Shown here piece after piece: positions 33,224 to 41,723 of a DNA stretch of 64,000 bases. The position numbers and the translations under genes were made by a program. Source of the DNA: an uncultured Actinomycetota bacterium (GTDB taxonomy: Bacteria; Actinomycetota; Actinomycetes; JAHEKZ01); NCBI GenBank assembly GCA_963743915.1, contig CAVURN010000003.1, positions 96,001 through 160,000 of the forward strand. The letters run 5' to 3'. Positions within the stretch are counted from its first letter, which is position 1. Each line of letters starts with the position of its first letter. The notes beneath the pieces are model-generated. The model saw only the letters and a program-made list of their open reading frames with translations, did no database searches and had not been told where the DNA came from.

Positions 33224-33706
33224 ATGACTGACGGGGCCGAGCGGGTCGTCGTCCAACGAGGCCTTTGGTACGAAGAACTCGAGGTGGGAGCGCGGTATCG
33301 CCACTCCCCTGGGCGCACGATCAGCGAGGCCGACAACGCATGGTTCAGCGCTCTGACCATGAATCAGCAGGCACTTCACGTGGACGCCGTGTTCTCGTCC
33401 GAGCAGGAATTCGGCAAGCCACTGGTGAACAGCCTGATGACGCTGGCGATGGTCGTGGGGCTCTCGGTGAACCAGCTGACCCAGGGGACGCTGGTAGCGA
33501 ACCTCGGTTTCGAGTCGGTGCGCTTCCCGGCTCCGCTGTTTCACGGAGACACCTTGCGTGCCGAAACCATCGTCATGTCGAAGCGCGAGTCGAAGAGTCG
33601 TACCGGTCAGGGCGTTGTCGCGCTTGAGCACACCGGCTTCAACCAGCACGGTGATGTCGTGGTCGAGGCGACTCGCAACGCCCTCTGGTTGATGGAGCCA
33701 CGATGA
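33224..33706 (+). CDS. MaoC-family dehydratase
   Basis: QRGLWYEE, GRTISEADN, TMNQQALHVD, ANLGF, PLFHGDTL. Confidence 0.92.
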   Translation: MTDGAERVVVQRGLWYEELEVGARYRHSPGRTISEADNAWFSALTMNQQALHVDAVFSSEQEFGKPLVNSLMTLAMVVGLSVNQLTQGTLVANLGFESVRFPAPLFHGDTLRAETIVMSKRESKSRTGQGVVALEHTGFNQHGDVVVEATRNALWLMEPR

Positions 33707-34529
33707 AGCCGATCGCACCCGAGTCAGGGCCGGCCTACCTCTTCTGCCCCGCATCGCGTCCAGACCGGTACCAGAAGGCTTTGGACGCCGCCGACTTCGC
33801 CATCCTCGACCTCGAGGACGCCGTCGCCCCGGCCGACAAGGCAGCCGCGCGACAAGCACTGATCGACAACCCCGTCGACCCGGACGCCGTGATCGTGCGG
33901 GTCAATGCGATCGGGACGCCGGACCACGCGCTGGACCTGGAGGCGCTGGAGCAGACCCAGTACGGCCGGATCATGGTGCCGAAGGCCGAGGACCCCGAGG
34001 CCATCGCGAAGTTGGACCGGTTCGAGGTGATCGCGCTCTGCGAGACGGCACGAGGGGTGCTTAGAGCCCCGCAGATCGCCGAGGTGCCATGCGTGGTTGC
34101 GTTTGATGTGGGGCGCCGAGGACCTCATCGTCTCCGTTGGGTGGGCGATCCAGCCGCCGGACCGACGATTCCTATCGGGAGATCGCACTCCACGCGCGAT
34201 CGTCGGCTCTCCTCGCAGCCGGGGCGGCAACAAAACCTTGTATCGATGCCGTCCATCTTGACCTGCAGGACGACGATGGGCTTGAAGCCGAGGCTCGCGA
34301 TGCGGCGGCGTCTGGCTTCGTAGCCAAAGCGTGTGTGCACCCCCGCCAAGTTGATCGGGTCAGGTCGGCGTTCAGGCCCTCAACGGATGAGCTTGATTGG
34401 GCGCGACATGTGATTGCGGAAGCCGCGACTGCCGCCGTAACACAGATCGCCGGGGTCATGGTCGATGAGCCCGCACTACAAATGGCTCGCTCCATCATCC
34501 GTGCTGCCTCGGATGAGCGCGCCAGTTAG
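33703..34529 (+). CDS. citE: CitE-like CoA ester lyase (frameshift near 34105-34140)
   Basis: LFCPASRPDRY, LDLEDAV, ETARG; KACVHPRQV and MVDEP in the next frame. Confidence 0.85.
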
Positions 34530-34666
34530 GGCCTCCGACCGAAGGTCTGAGCGGCAACAAGATCGAGCTCACATCACGTCGGCGATCAACCTCTGGATCG
34601 AAGGACTGTGTGTTGAAAGGCCTTCGAGGCAGTGCTTGCTACCAGCTCGGTGACCCGGCGTCGCCT

Positions 34667-35530
34667 TCACCGGACCCAGATCTCGCCACGCCTGGCCTGC
34701 TCGTAGACAGCTGCGACCGTGCCCGCATCCAAGACCTGTGGTCGCTTCTTCAGCCAGCGACGTAGCTCACCGGCAGCGAGGACGGTGACGTCCTGAGGTT
34801 GTTCCTTGCGGTGGAGGTCGCCAGCGAAGATCACCAGCACGCCACTGACCATGACCGGGAATCCACAGGCGTCGCTGAGCAGACGTGACGCGCGAGTCGC
34901 CTCGTGCTCTGAGTTGCGCAGGTAGTGCTGTCGGTGGCCGCTCAGCCACACGCCCCGCGACGAGACGCTCACCCGCTTGCCTCGATGGTTCTTGGTGTTG
35001 ATGGTGAAGACACCGCCAGGACCGATGACGACGTGGTCGATGTCAGAGCCACGCTTGCCCACCGGGACCGAGTGGAGCGCGAACCAGCCACGTGAGACGA
35101 GCTTGGCGAGCGCAGCCCCCACTTCCTCCTCACCATCCGCGCCGCGGCGCCAGGCGCGCTCGTCGGTGTGCACGTCGAGGATTCGGCCGGCATAGGCCAG
35201 AAGGCGGGACTGCTGCTTACGCGCCTCCCACTCCCGTTCAGCTTGGACGCGCAGACCCTCGCCGGGTCGGCGTCCGGCCAAGTCGATGGGCGCCGCCGGT
35301 GTCGGATCTCCTTCCGGCGGCAGTGCTGGAAGTCCTGGAGGCGGGGGGACAGGCTGGTTCGCGACGAATGGCCTCAGCGCGGCCACGAAGGCTTCAGCGA
35401 GTTCTGCTCGCTCGATCGTGCTGACGCCGGTCTGCAGGTCATGCCATCCGACCCGACTGCCATCGGCGTCATTCACATACAGACGGTCCTTGCCGTAGCG
35501 CTTCCACGGCTGCACGGTGAGCTCCCCCAT
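34667..35530 (-). CDS. NERD nuclease-related domain protein
   Basis: WKRYGKDRLYV N-terminal domain; AWRRGADGE, DIDHVVIGPGGVFTINTKNH. Confidence 0.88.
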   Translation of the reverse strand: MGELTVQPWKRYGKDRLYVNDADGSRVGWHDLQTGVSTIERAELAEAFVAALRPFVANQPVPPPPGLPALPPEGDPTPAAPIDLAGRRPGEGLRVQAEREWEARKQQSRLLAYAGRILDVHTDERAWRRGADGEEEVGAALAKLVSRGWFALHSVPVGKRGSDIDHVVIGPGGVFTINTKNHRGKRVSVSSRGVWLSGHRQHYLRNSEHEATRASRLLSDACGFPVMVSGVLVIFAGDLHRKEQPQDVTVLAAGELRRWLKKRPQVLDAGTVAAVYEQARRGEIWVR

Positions 35531-35678
35531 ACATGGAGCTTCGGCCGCTGCGGGTCAGCGACTTGAGGCTTCCGCGTTGTCGGTGACTACGGCGGCGGCG
35601 GGTCTTTGGGCCCTGGTCGCAGACAGCGAGTCCTGGCTGAATGTTCCCGGGCCCCCACGCTGAACAAGGGAGTCCTCT

Positions 35679-36720
35679 ATGTCCACGATGACCACCGGAT
35701 CCTCCACCGCGCACCACTCGGCGCCCGGAACTAGACAGGGTCCGTCCACGATTCGCAAAGTGGCGTCGCTGCTGGCCATCGCTGCCGGCGTCGTCCTGCT
35801 GGCGAGCACGTTCATCAACAACCTGTTCGCGGTCGGACCGGCGTTCGAAGACCTGATCGACGACTTCCGACCGGTCCTGTCTCAGGAGTCGATCGACACC
35901 GCCAAGGCCGATGTGGCCTCGCTCGGAGCAGTGTCCGACGAGTTCTCGGGCTCGATGGCACCGGCGGTGGCCGAGCAGCTCGGCATGACCCCCGAGGAAT
36001 TCTCCGCGATGGTCTCGGACCAGTTCCCGGCCGTCGGTGAGGGAATGGCCACCATCCCCGACGTCGCGACCACCTTCGACGGGCTGCTCACCACGCTCGA
36101 GACCCAGCAGCCGCTGTTCGAGTCGGCCGACGCGATCCCGACCGCAGGATCTGCCGGCGACGACCGTGCCGTGGATGATGCTGATCGCCGGGCTGCTGTC
36201 GATCGGCGTCGGCATCCTCATCTGGTTCTCGGCCAAGACCGGAGCGATCCTCGCGATCGTGCTGGGTGCGGCGCTCGTCGTCGTGCCGCTGCTGCTCAGC
36301 CTGCCGCAGAAAGCGGCCGACGCCGACCAGCTGAACGAGAACCTCAAGCCCGTCTACACCCAAGAGCTGGTCGACCAGGCCAGCGGTGCACTGGCGACCA
36401 TGGGTGCCATGGGTGAGGAGATGCAGTCGACGATGATGCCGGCGCTGGCCGAGCAGCTGGGCATGACGCCCGAGGAGCTGCAGGCCTTCCTCGGCGACAA
36501 CTTCCCGGCCGTCGCGGGTGCGCTGCAGAACCTGCCGGACGTCATGGCGCGCTTCCAGGGGCTGGTGACGGTGTTCGACGAGAACCTCGACAACTACCAG
36601 ACGATCACCGAGGTGTCGTTCGTCCCGATCATCTGGACGCTCATCGGCGCGGGAGGCGTCGTCCTTCTGGCCGGGCTGCTGGCGCTCGGCGGCAGGCGCC
36701 GCGAGGTGGCGGCAGCCTGA
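35679..36720 (+). CDS. Membrane protein with internal tandem duplication (frameshift near 36148)
   Basis: Two modules sharing LKPV/FRPV...MxPAxAEQLGMTPEE...FPAV...PDV...F.GL, separated by TM helices. Confidence 0.75.
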
Positions 36721-36725
36721 CCGAC

Positions 36726-36766
36726 CATCGGACGCCCGGACCACAGTGAGGTCCGGGCGTCCGATG
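36726..36766 (+). terminator. Perfect 17-bp hairpin terminator
   Basis: CATCGGACGCCCGGACC / GGTCCGGGCGTCCGATG directly after the stop codon. Confidence 0.8.
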
Positions 36767-36922
36767 TTGCCCGATTGTTCGCGATCGCCCCGCGGCACGC
36801 TCAACCCGGCTGGCGGTCGCCTGCGGGCTGATGGGTGCTGGCGGGGGCGACGGCGTCCCCGACCGTGCCCTGCCGTCGAGCGATCGCCTGTGATTCGGAG
36901 CCACTGGCGCCAGAATGGCGCT

Positions 36923-37264
36923 ATACCAAGCATCCAGGTCAAGGACGCGCCGGGACGCCACCCACGCGGTGCTGCGCCGCCGGGCGGCTGCGGCCAATCA
37001 ATCGCTGCAGGAAGTACCTGCGCAGCTGGCTGATCCAGCAAGCAAGCTGGCCGACGCTGGATGAGGTGCTCGAGCGGGCCGGTGGGCGTGCGGGCGGTGC
37101 CCCGGGTGTGGGAGCTGCGCGCCAACCTCGGTGCGTCCGACGCCGCGGATGTCGCCCTTGCCGAGCTGCTCGACGCACCCCTCTACACGGCCGACCTGCG
37201 TCTCAGCCACGCCACCGCGGCGCGCTGCACCTTCGAGGTGCTGACCGAGCCGACGAGCGGCTGA
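36923..37264 (+). pseudogene. Decayed VapBC (FitA-like RHH antitoxin joined to the 3' fragment of a PIN toxin)
   Basis: ATA-PSIQVKD...HAVLRRRAAAANQSLQ-YLR...TLDEVLERA joined to PRVWELRANL..DAADVALAELLDAPLYTADLRL. Confidence 0.75.
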
Positions 37265-38073
37265 GCAGGAGGTACTTGGGTGCAGTAAGTGGTGTCATGG
37301 CACCGCTTACTGCACCCAAACTCCGTGAGCGTGGCTAGCTGAACCGTCGCCGGGCGGAAGCCGCGCGCGATCATCCAGACCGCCAGCACCATCTCCTGCA
37401 GCGCCAGCGGCAGGTAGAGCAGGGTCTGCGTCGTCGAGTCCATCTCGACCACACCGAAAGCGGCCAGCAAGTAGGCGGCCACGTAGAGCGGAATGCCGAT
37501 GAGACCCCAGCCGGAGAGCCAGCGTGGGGCGATCCTCGACCAGAAGAGCGCGATGTAGAACAGGGCGGCACCGAGGCAGAACACGAGTGGCGTGATGATG
37601 GCCATCGCCTCGGAGTCGATCAGCACCCGGCCGATCCCGCGCAAGGTCTCGTCCGTACTGTCGAGCCCTCCGAGAGCTACCAGGGACAGCGCCGCAGCAG
37701 CGGCGACCACGTAGCAGGCGCTCTCCACCGCTCCCCGGATGACGAGGTAGCCGTAGGCCAGCACGTCGCTCACGGGACGAAGCACGGGCATCAGCACGAC
37801 AGGAATGAGTGCCAGCGACAGACCCATCGTCAGGATCAGGATCGCGCCGATGACCACCGCCGTCTCGTTCGCGGACGTCCATGCGACCGGGTCAGCAGCG
37901 TCGCTCACCGACGACAGGAACACCTTGCTGAGAATGCCCGCAGCGGTGCCGGCGATGAAGAGACAGCCCGCGGCGATCCCCGCGCCCCGGTGCTCTCGCG
38001 TACCGGTCTGTGCCGGGACGGTCGGCGTCACCTGCACCTCGAGCCTCCCATTGACCGTCAGTTGCTCAGTCAT
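37183..38073 (-). CDS. DUF4386-family membrane protein (true stop probably near 37335)
   Basis: AGCLFIAGTAAGILS, PRWLSGWGLIG, PLALQEMVLAVWMIARGF. Confidence 0.82.
   Translation of the reverse strand: MTEQLTVNGRLEVQVTPTVPAQTGTREHRGAGIAAGCLFIAGTAAGILSKVFLSSVSDAADPVAWTSANETAVVIGAILILTMGLSLALIPVVLMPVLRPVSDVLAYGYLVIRGAVESACYVVAAAAALSLVALGGLDSTDETLRGIGRVLIDSEAMAIITPLVFCLGAALFYIALFWSRIAPRWLSGWGLIGIPLYVAAYLLAAFGVVEMDSTTQTLLYLPLALQEMVLAVWMIARGFRPATVQLATLTEFGCSKRCHDTTYCTQVPPAQPLVGSVSTSKVQRAAVAWLRRRSAV
37276..37319. repeat. 44-bp near-perfect palindrome (REP-like or bidirectional terminator)
   Basis: TTGGGTGCAGTAAGTGGTGTCATGGCACCGCTTACTGCACCCAA. Confidence 0.75.
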
Positions 38074-38092
38074 GACGCACTCTCCTTTCGGC

Positions 38093-38852
38093 TCAGCTGC
38101 GCACTGCCGGCTCTCGCCCGCCTCGGCGTCCACGACCACCGGCATCCGACTCCGCCAGCGCAGCCACGTCGCGTCGTCTGTGACCAGCTCGCACATCAGG
38201 TGCGCGACGTTGGCCATCCGGGTGTGGTCCGGACGGAAGAGGCTGCTCACGATCGCCTCGTGGACGACGTACTCGCCGACATCGCCGTCCTCGAGGGTGT
38301 CGGGGCGCACCACGACCCATTGCAGGTGTGGATCGTTGGGCCCGACCTCGTGAGCGAGGAAGTCCGCCGCACGTTGGTTGTCACGGGACGGCGGAAGCAC
38401 GAGCCGCAGAGCCCCGAGGAAGGCGCGCTGCCCTGCACCGCGCTGCGCGTCCACGCTGCCCGGGCTGGTTCACCGAGACGCTGCCCATCAGGACCAGCCG
38501 CACCGGCGTTGGCGGCGGGCTCACCTCGATGGCTTCGCGTACCTGACGTACGGCGTGGCCGACCAGGTCATACGGAGGCCCGAGCACACCGCGGACGCTG
38601 ATGGAGTGGCCCAGGCACGAGATCACGGCGCCGCAGCCGTCGAGGTGTCCGACCAGGATCGGCAGTCGGCAGCGTGAGCAGGTCGGCCTCCACCACCTCC
38701 AGCAGCGGGTGACCGACGACTTCCGCGGGCAGCCGGTCGGCGGATCGCACGATCGCGCGGACGGCGACCCCACGATCGAGCAGCTGTGCGGTGACGCGTC
38801 CGCCGGTCCGACCGGTGGCGCCGAGGACCAGAACGTGACGTGTGGCGTCCAT
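38093..38852 (-). CDS. NAD(P)-binding Rossmann-fold oxidoreductase (frameshifted)
   Basis: VLVLGATGRTG, AVISCLGH, WVVVRPD, RMANVAH. Confidence 0.8.
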
Positions 38853-38874
38853 GATGTGCTCCCTTACGAGTGGG

Positions 38875-39579
38875 TCAGCGGCTGGCGACCAGTGGCACGT
38901 CCGACGCGACCTCGCGCGGAGCCACGTGCTCGCGCAGCAGGCAGATGCCGAGGCCGGTGAACCAGACGATGACCAGCAGGCCGAACACGACTGCGACGGC
39001 AGCCAGACCCGGGACCGTCGAGATGATCCCCGCGGCGCCGGCGATGATGCCCGACCCAGCGTCAGCCACGTCGGCAGCGCGTGCCCGCGCAGCGCGACCA
39101 GGCTCACCAGCAGCACCCACGTGCCACCGAGAACCTCGCCGCCGGCTCCGCCGAGGCCCAGCGTCACGGGGTAGATGGCCTGCCAGGCACCGACAGCGGT
39201 CGCCGGATCGGTCTCGTGCAGGTCGATCACCGAGTTCATGCCGACGATGAAGACCATCCCGCTGGCCACGAGCACGCCGGCCCAGATCACGCCGATGGCG
39301 GCGGCGACCCGTGATGTCGCTGGTGCGATGCCGACCAGTCGCTCGTGCATTCCCAGCGCCAGGACGGCCAGCACCACGCCGAACGCCACATAGGCGATCA
39401 GGTACATGACGTGAAGGCCGAGCTGGTGGTCGATCAGCAGCTGAACCTGTTCGCCGGGATCGGTGACCGTCGGCATGTTGGTGCCGACCAGGAAGTAGAA
39501 CATCGCAGCGACCAAGGCCACTGCGAGGTAGAGAGCGGCGAAGCCTGAGGCTCGTCGCGCTGGAGTTCATGGTGGTCAT
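38875..39579 (-). CDS. DUF4386-like membrane protein (frameshifted)
   Basis: Multi-TM; IWAGVLVASGM, GLGGAGGEVLGGTW, FGLLVIVWF. Confidence 0.75.
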   Translation of the reverse strand: MTTMNSSATSLRLRRSLPRSGLGRCDVLLPGRHQHADGHRSRRTGSAADRPPARPSRHVPDRLCGVRRGAGRPGAGNARATGRHRTSDITGRRRHRRDLGRRARGQRDGLHRRHELGDRPARDRSGDRCRCLAGHLPRDAGPRRSRRRGSRWHVGAAGEPGRAARARAADVADAGSGIIAGAAGIISTVPGLAAVAVVFGLLVIVWFTGLGICLLREHVAPREVASDVPLVASR

Positions 39580-39725
39580 GGGAAACCTCCTTGGCGCGTC
39601 GTTGACGGCGCTCGTCCATGTCCTACCTGCAGTTTTGCGCGTTTCGAGGGCCGGCCAGAAGTGTCGAACGTCCCCGTTTTCGCGCAGCAGCTACGGCCTG
39701 TCGGTGGGGAGTGCCATGCTTCCGG

Positions 39726-39836
39726 CGGATCACGAAGACCGGTCAGCCCCTGGACATGACCGGCTGGCAACCTCGCGTCCGCGCAAGGTGCCCTCCAGGG
39801 AAGATCCGGCCACCCGATCCCGGGTGGCAAGGGCGG
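39726..39836 (+). ncRNA. SAM-IV (SAM-I clan) riboswitch
   Basis: P1 CGGAUC/GAUCCG; J1/2 ACGA; P2 CCGGUCA/UGACCGG; PK1 CCCUGG/CCAGGG; P3 GGCAACC...GGUGCC; P5 GCCACCCG/CGGGUGGC; PK2 CCGC/GCGG. -10 CATGCT at 39715-39720. Confidence 0.85.
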
Positions 39837-39867
39837 CTCTCCTCGGAGCCTGACGAAGGGACCCACC

Positions 39868-40132
39868 ATGCCCACCAGCGACCCGCGTGACTGGCATCCG
39901 GAGCTTGCCGGACCTCGTGATTCACAGCTCGCCGCTCAGTTCGCGGCCCTCATCGTCGGTGCGGACGGCGTCGGCGACGAGCCTGCGCCGGGCACCCGGT
40001 TGGAACGGGCGAACCGGGTGTGGGACGCACAGGAGTCCGGACAGATCACGGAAGCCGAGGCTTACCTGCAGATCCGCGAGCTGATGCTCGAGGCCATTGC
40101 AGAGGCCGAGGCGGGAAGAGGACGCGGGCTGA
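39868..40132 (+). CDS. Small acidic hypothetical protein downstream of the SAM riboswitch (about 87 aa if one extra G is removed; as sequenced the ORF runs to 40302)
   Basis: GAAGGGA RBS; MPTSDPRDWHPEL...GQITEAEAYLQIRELMLEAIAEAE. Removing one G near 40114 gives ...EEDAG-TGA. Confidence 0.65.
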
Positions 40133-40210
40133 TCGAACGCCGATTCCGGAGCACGTGGCTACCCGAGGCCGCTCAGGTGCGCATCAGCGCCGGATTGACG
40201 GCCGGGCCAA

Positions 40211-40408
40211 TCAGTCCTCCATCAGGCGGGCGAACTGCTCCCACGACTTGCGGACGATGTTCTTACCTCGACCGGGACGCCAGTCGACCGTCCCCTTGCT
40301 GATGCGCAGCTCGCCCAGCTTCACGTCGTCGGAGTACACGAAGAACGTGAAGTCGCTGTTGATGACCTGCTTCGGAGGCTGAACGATCTCGACGCGGTGC
40401 TCCGGCAC
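40211..40408 (-). CDS. Small hypothetical protein (65 aa)
   Basis: GGAGG RBS then GTG; NSDFTFFVYSDDVKLGELRISKGTVDWRP...SWEQFARLME. Confidence 0.75.
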   Translation of the reverse strand: MPEHRVEIVQPPKQVINSDFTFFVYSDDVKLGELRISKGTVDWRPGRGKNIVRKSWEQFARLMED

Positions 40409-40513
40409 GGTGACCTCCCTGGTGTGCGGACCCATTGTGACGGAGTAGGCAGGTTTGTGACCTCGATGTGCGGGGTAGGTGTCGCGTCGCCACCACCACC
40501 AACGGAGGTCGTT

Positions 40514-40843
40514 GTGACACTGGATCCCGGACAAGTGAAGTCCGCTCTTGCAGGCTTGCAGGGCTGGCAGTACGAGGACGGCGCACTGGTCCGCGGGGTA
40601 CCGGTCGTGGAGGACAGCCGTCAGGGGCTGGTCGAAGCGGTGGCGCGGATCGCCGAGGAGTCCGTGGGGAGGCCCGAGGTTCACCTGCAGCCCGATCTTG
40701 TGGTGCTCCGGGTAGGAGACCCCGCCCTCGGTGGAGTCACCCCGGATGACGTCGAGCTCGCGGCACGCATAGACCAAGCGCTCGTGGGGTCGATACCGGA
40801 TCGCGGCGATTCTTCCGAGGGTCCAACTCCAGGCCGAGCGTGA
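40514..40843 (+). CDS. Pterin-4a-carbinolamine dehydratase-like protein
   Basis: LQGWQY...VARIAEE...GGVTPDDVELAARID. GGAGG RBS. Confidence 0.7.
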   Translation: MTLDPGQVKSALAGLQGWQYEDGALVRGVPVVEDSRQGLVEAVARIAEESVGRPEVHLQPDLVVLRVGDPALGGVTPDDVELAARIDQALVGSIPDRGDSSEGPTPGRA

Positions 40844-40855
40844 AGGGAGGCCATC

Positions 40856-41710
40856 GTGGCTCAGGGTGAACGCCCTCCCCAGCAGCAGGATCCACCCGGT
40901 CGGACCAGCGCCATGCGGCCCAGACCCCTGGACTCGATGAGCGACTACGTAGGTTCCGGTCTACTCGTGGGACGCAAAGCCCTGATTACCGGCGGGGACT
41001 CCGGGATCGGTCGAGCCGTGGCGGTGGCGTTCGCGAAGGAAGGTGCCGATGTCGCGATCGGCTACCTGTCTGAGCACGACGATGCACATGAGACCGAGCG
41101 ACTCGTGAAGGAGTCGGGTCGCCGCTGTGTGCTGCTGCCGGGCGACTTGTCGGATGAAGGGCACTGTCGTGCCATGGCGTCACTCGCGCTGTCGGACCTT
41201 GGCGGGATCGACCTCCTGGTGAACAACCTGGCAACCCAGCAGCCACAGGAGAGGTTCGAGGACATCACCACCGAGCAGTGGATGCGTACGTTCGACGTCA
41301 ACATCCACACGTACTTCTTCATGACCCGCGCCGTGCTCCCGCACCTGGAGCGCGGCGCCTCCATCATCAACACCGCGTCGATCAATGGTCTGCGGGGTAA
41401 CGGGCACCTCATTGACTACAGCGCGACGAAGGGGGCGATTCTCGCGTTCACGTACTCGCTGGCACAGGCGCTGATCGACCGCGGTATCCGGGTCAACAGC
41501 GTCGCGCCAGGACCGGTGTGGACGCCCCTGATTCCTTCCACCATGGATCCCGAACAGGTGGCGTCCTTCGGTCAGCAGGCGCCGCTGGGTCGAGCGGCGC
41601 AACCAGATGAGATCGCGCCGTCCTACGTCTTCTTCGCGTCGGGTCGCCTGTCCAGCTACTACAGCGGTGAGGTACTCGCGCCGATCGGCGGCGAGACGCT
41701 GCCCGGCTAG
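40856..41710 (+). CDS. SDR oxidoreductase, general-stress YhdF/YghA-like
   Basis: TGGDSGIGRA, YSATKGA, VAPGPVWTPL, RAAQPDEIAP. Confidence 0.94.
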   Translation: MAQGERPPQQQDPPGRTSAMRPRPLDSMSDYVGSGLLVGRKALITGGDSGIGRAVAVAFAKEGADVAIGYLSEHDDAHETERLVKESGRRCVLLPGDLSDEGHCRAMASLALSDLGGIDLLVNNLATQQPQERFEDITTEQWMRTFDVNIHTYFFMTRAVLPHLERGASIINTASINGLRGNGHLIDYSATKGAILAFTYSLAQALIDRGIRVNSVAPGPVWTPLIPSTMDPEQVASFGQQAPLGRAAQPDEIAPSYVFFASGRLSSYYSGEVLAPIGGETLPG

Positions 41711-41723
41711 CCGACCGGCGCGG

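Noticed and set aside
34555-34610. IS5 transposase C-terminal remnant (HITSAINLWI)
   Set aside because: Too short, with no terminal inverted repeat or other transposase sequence.
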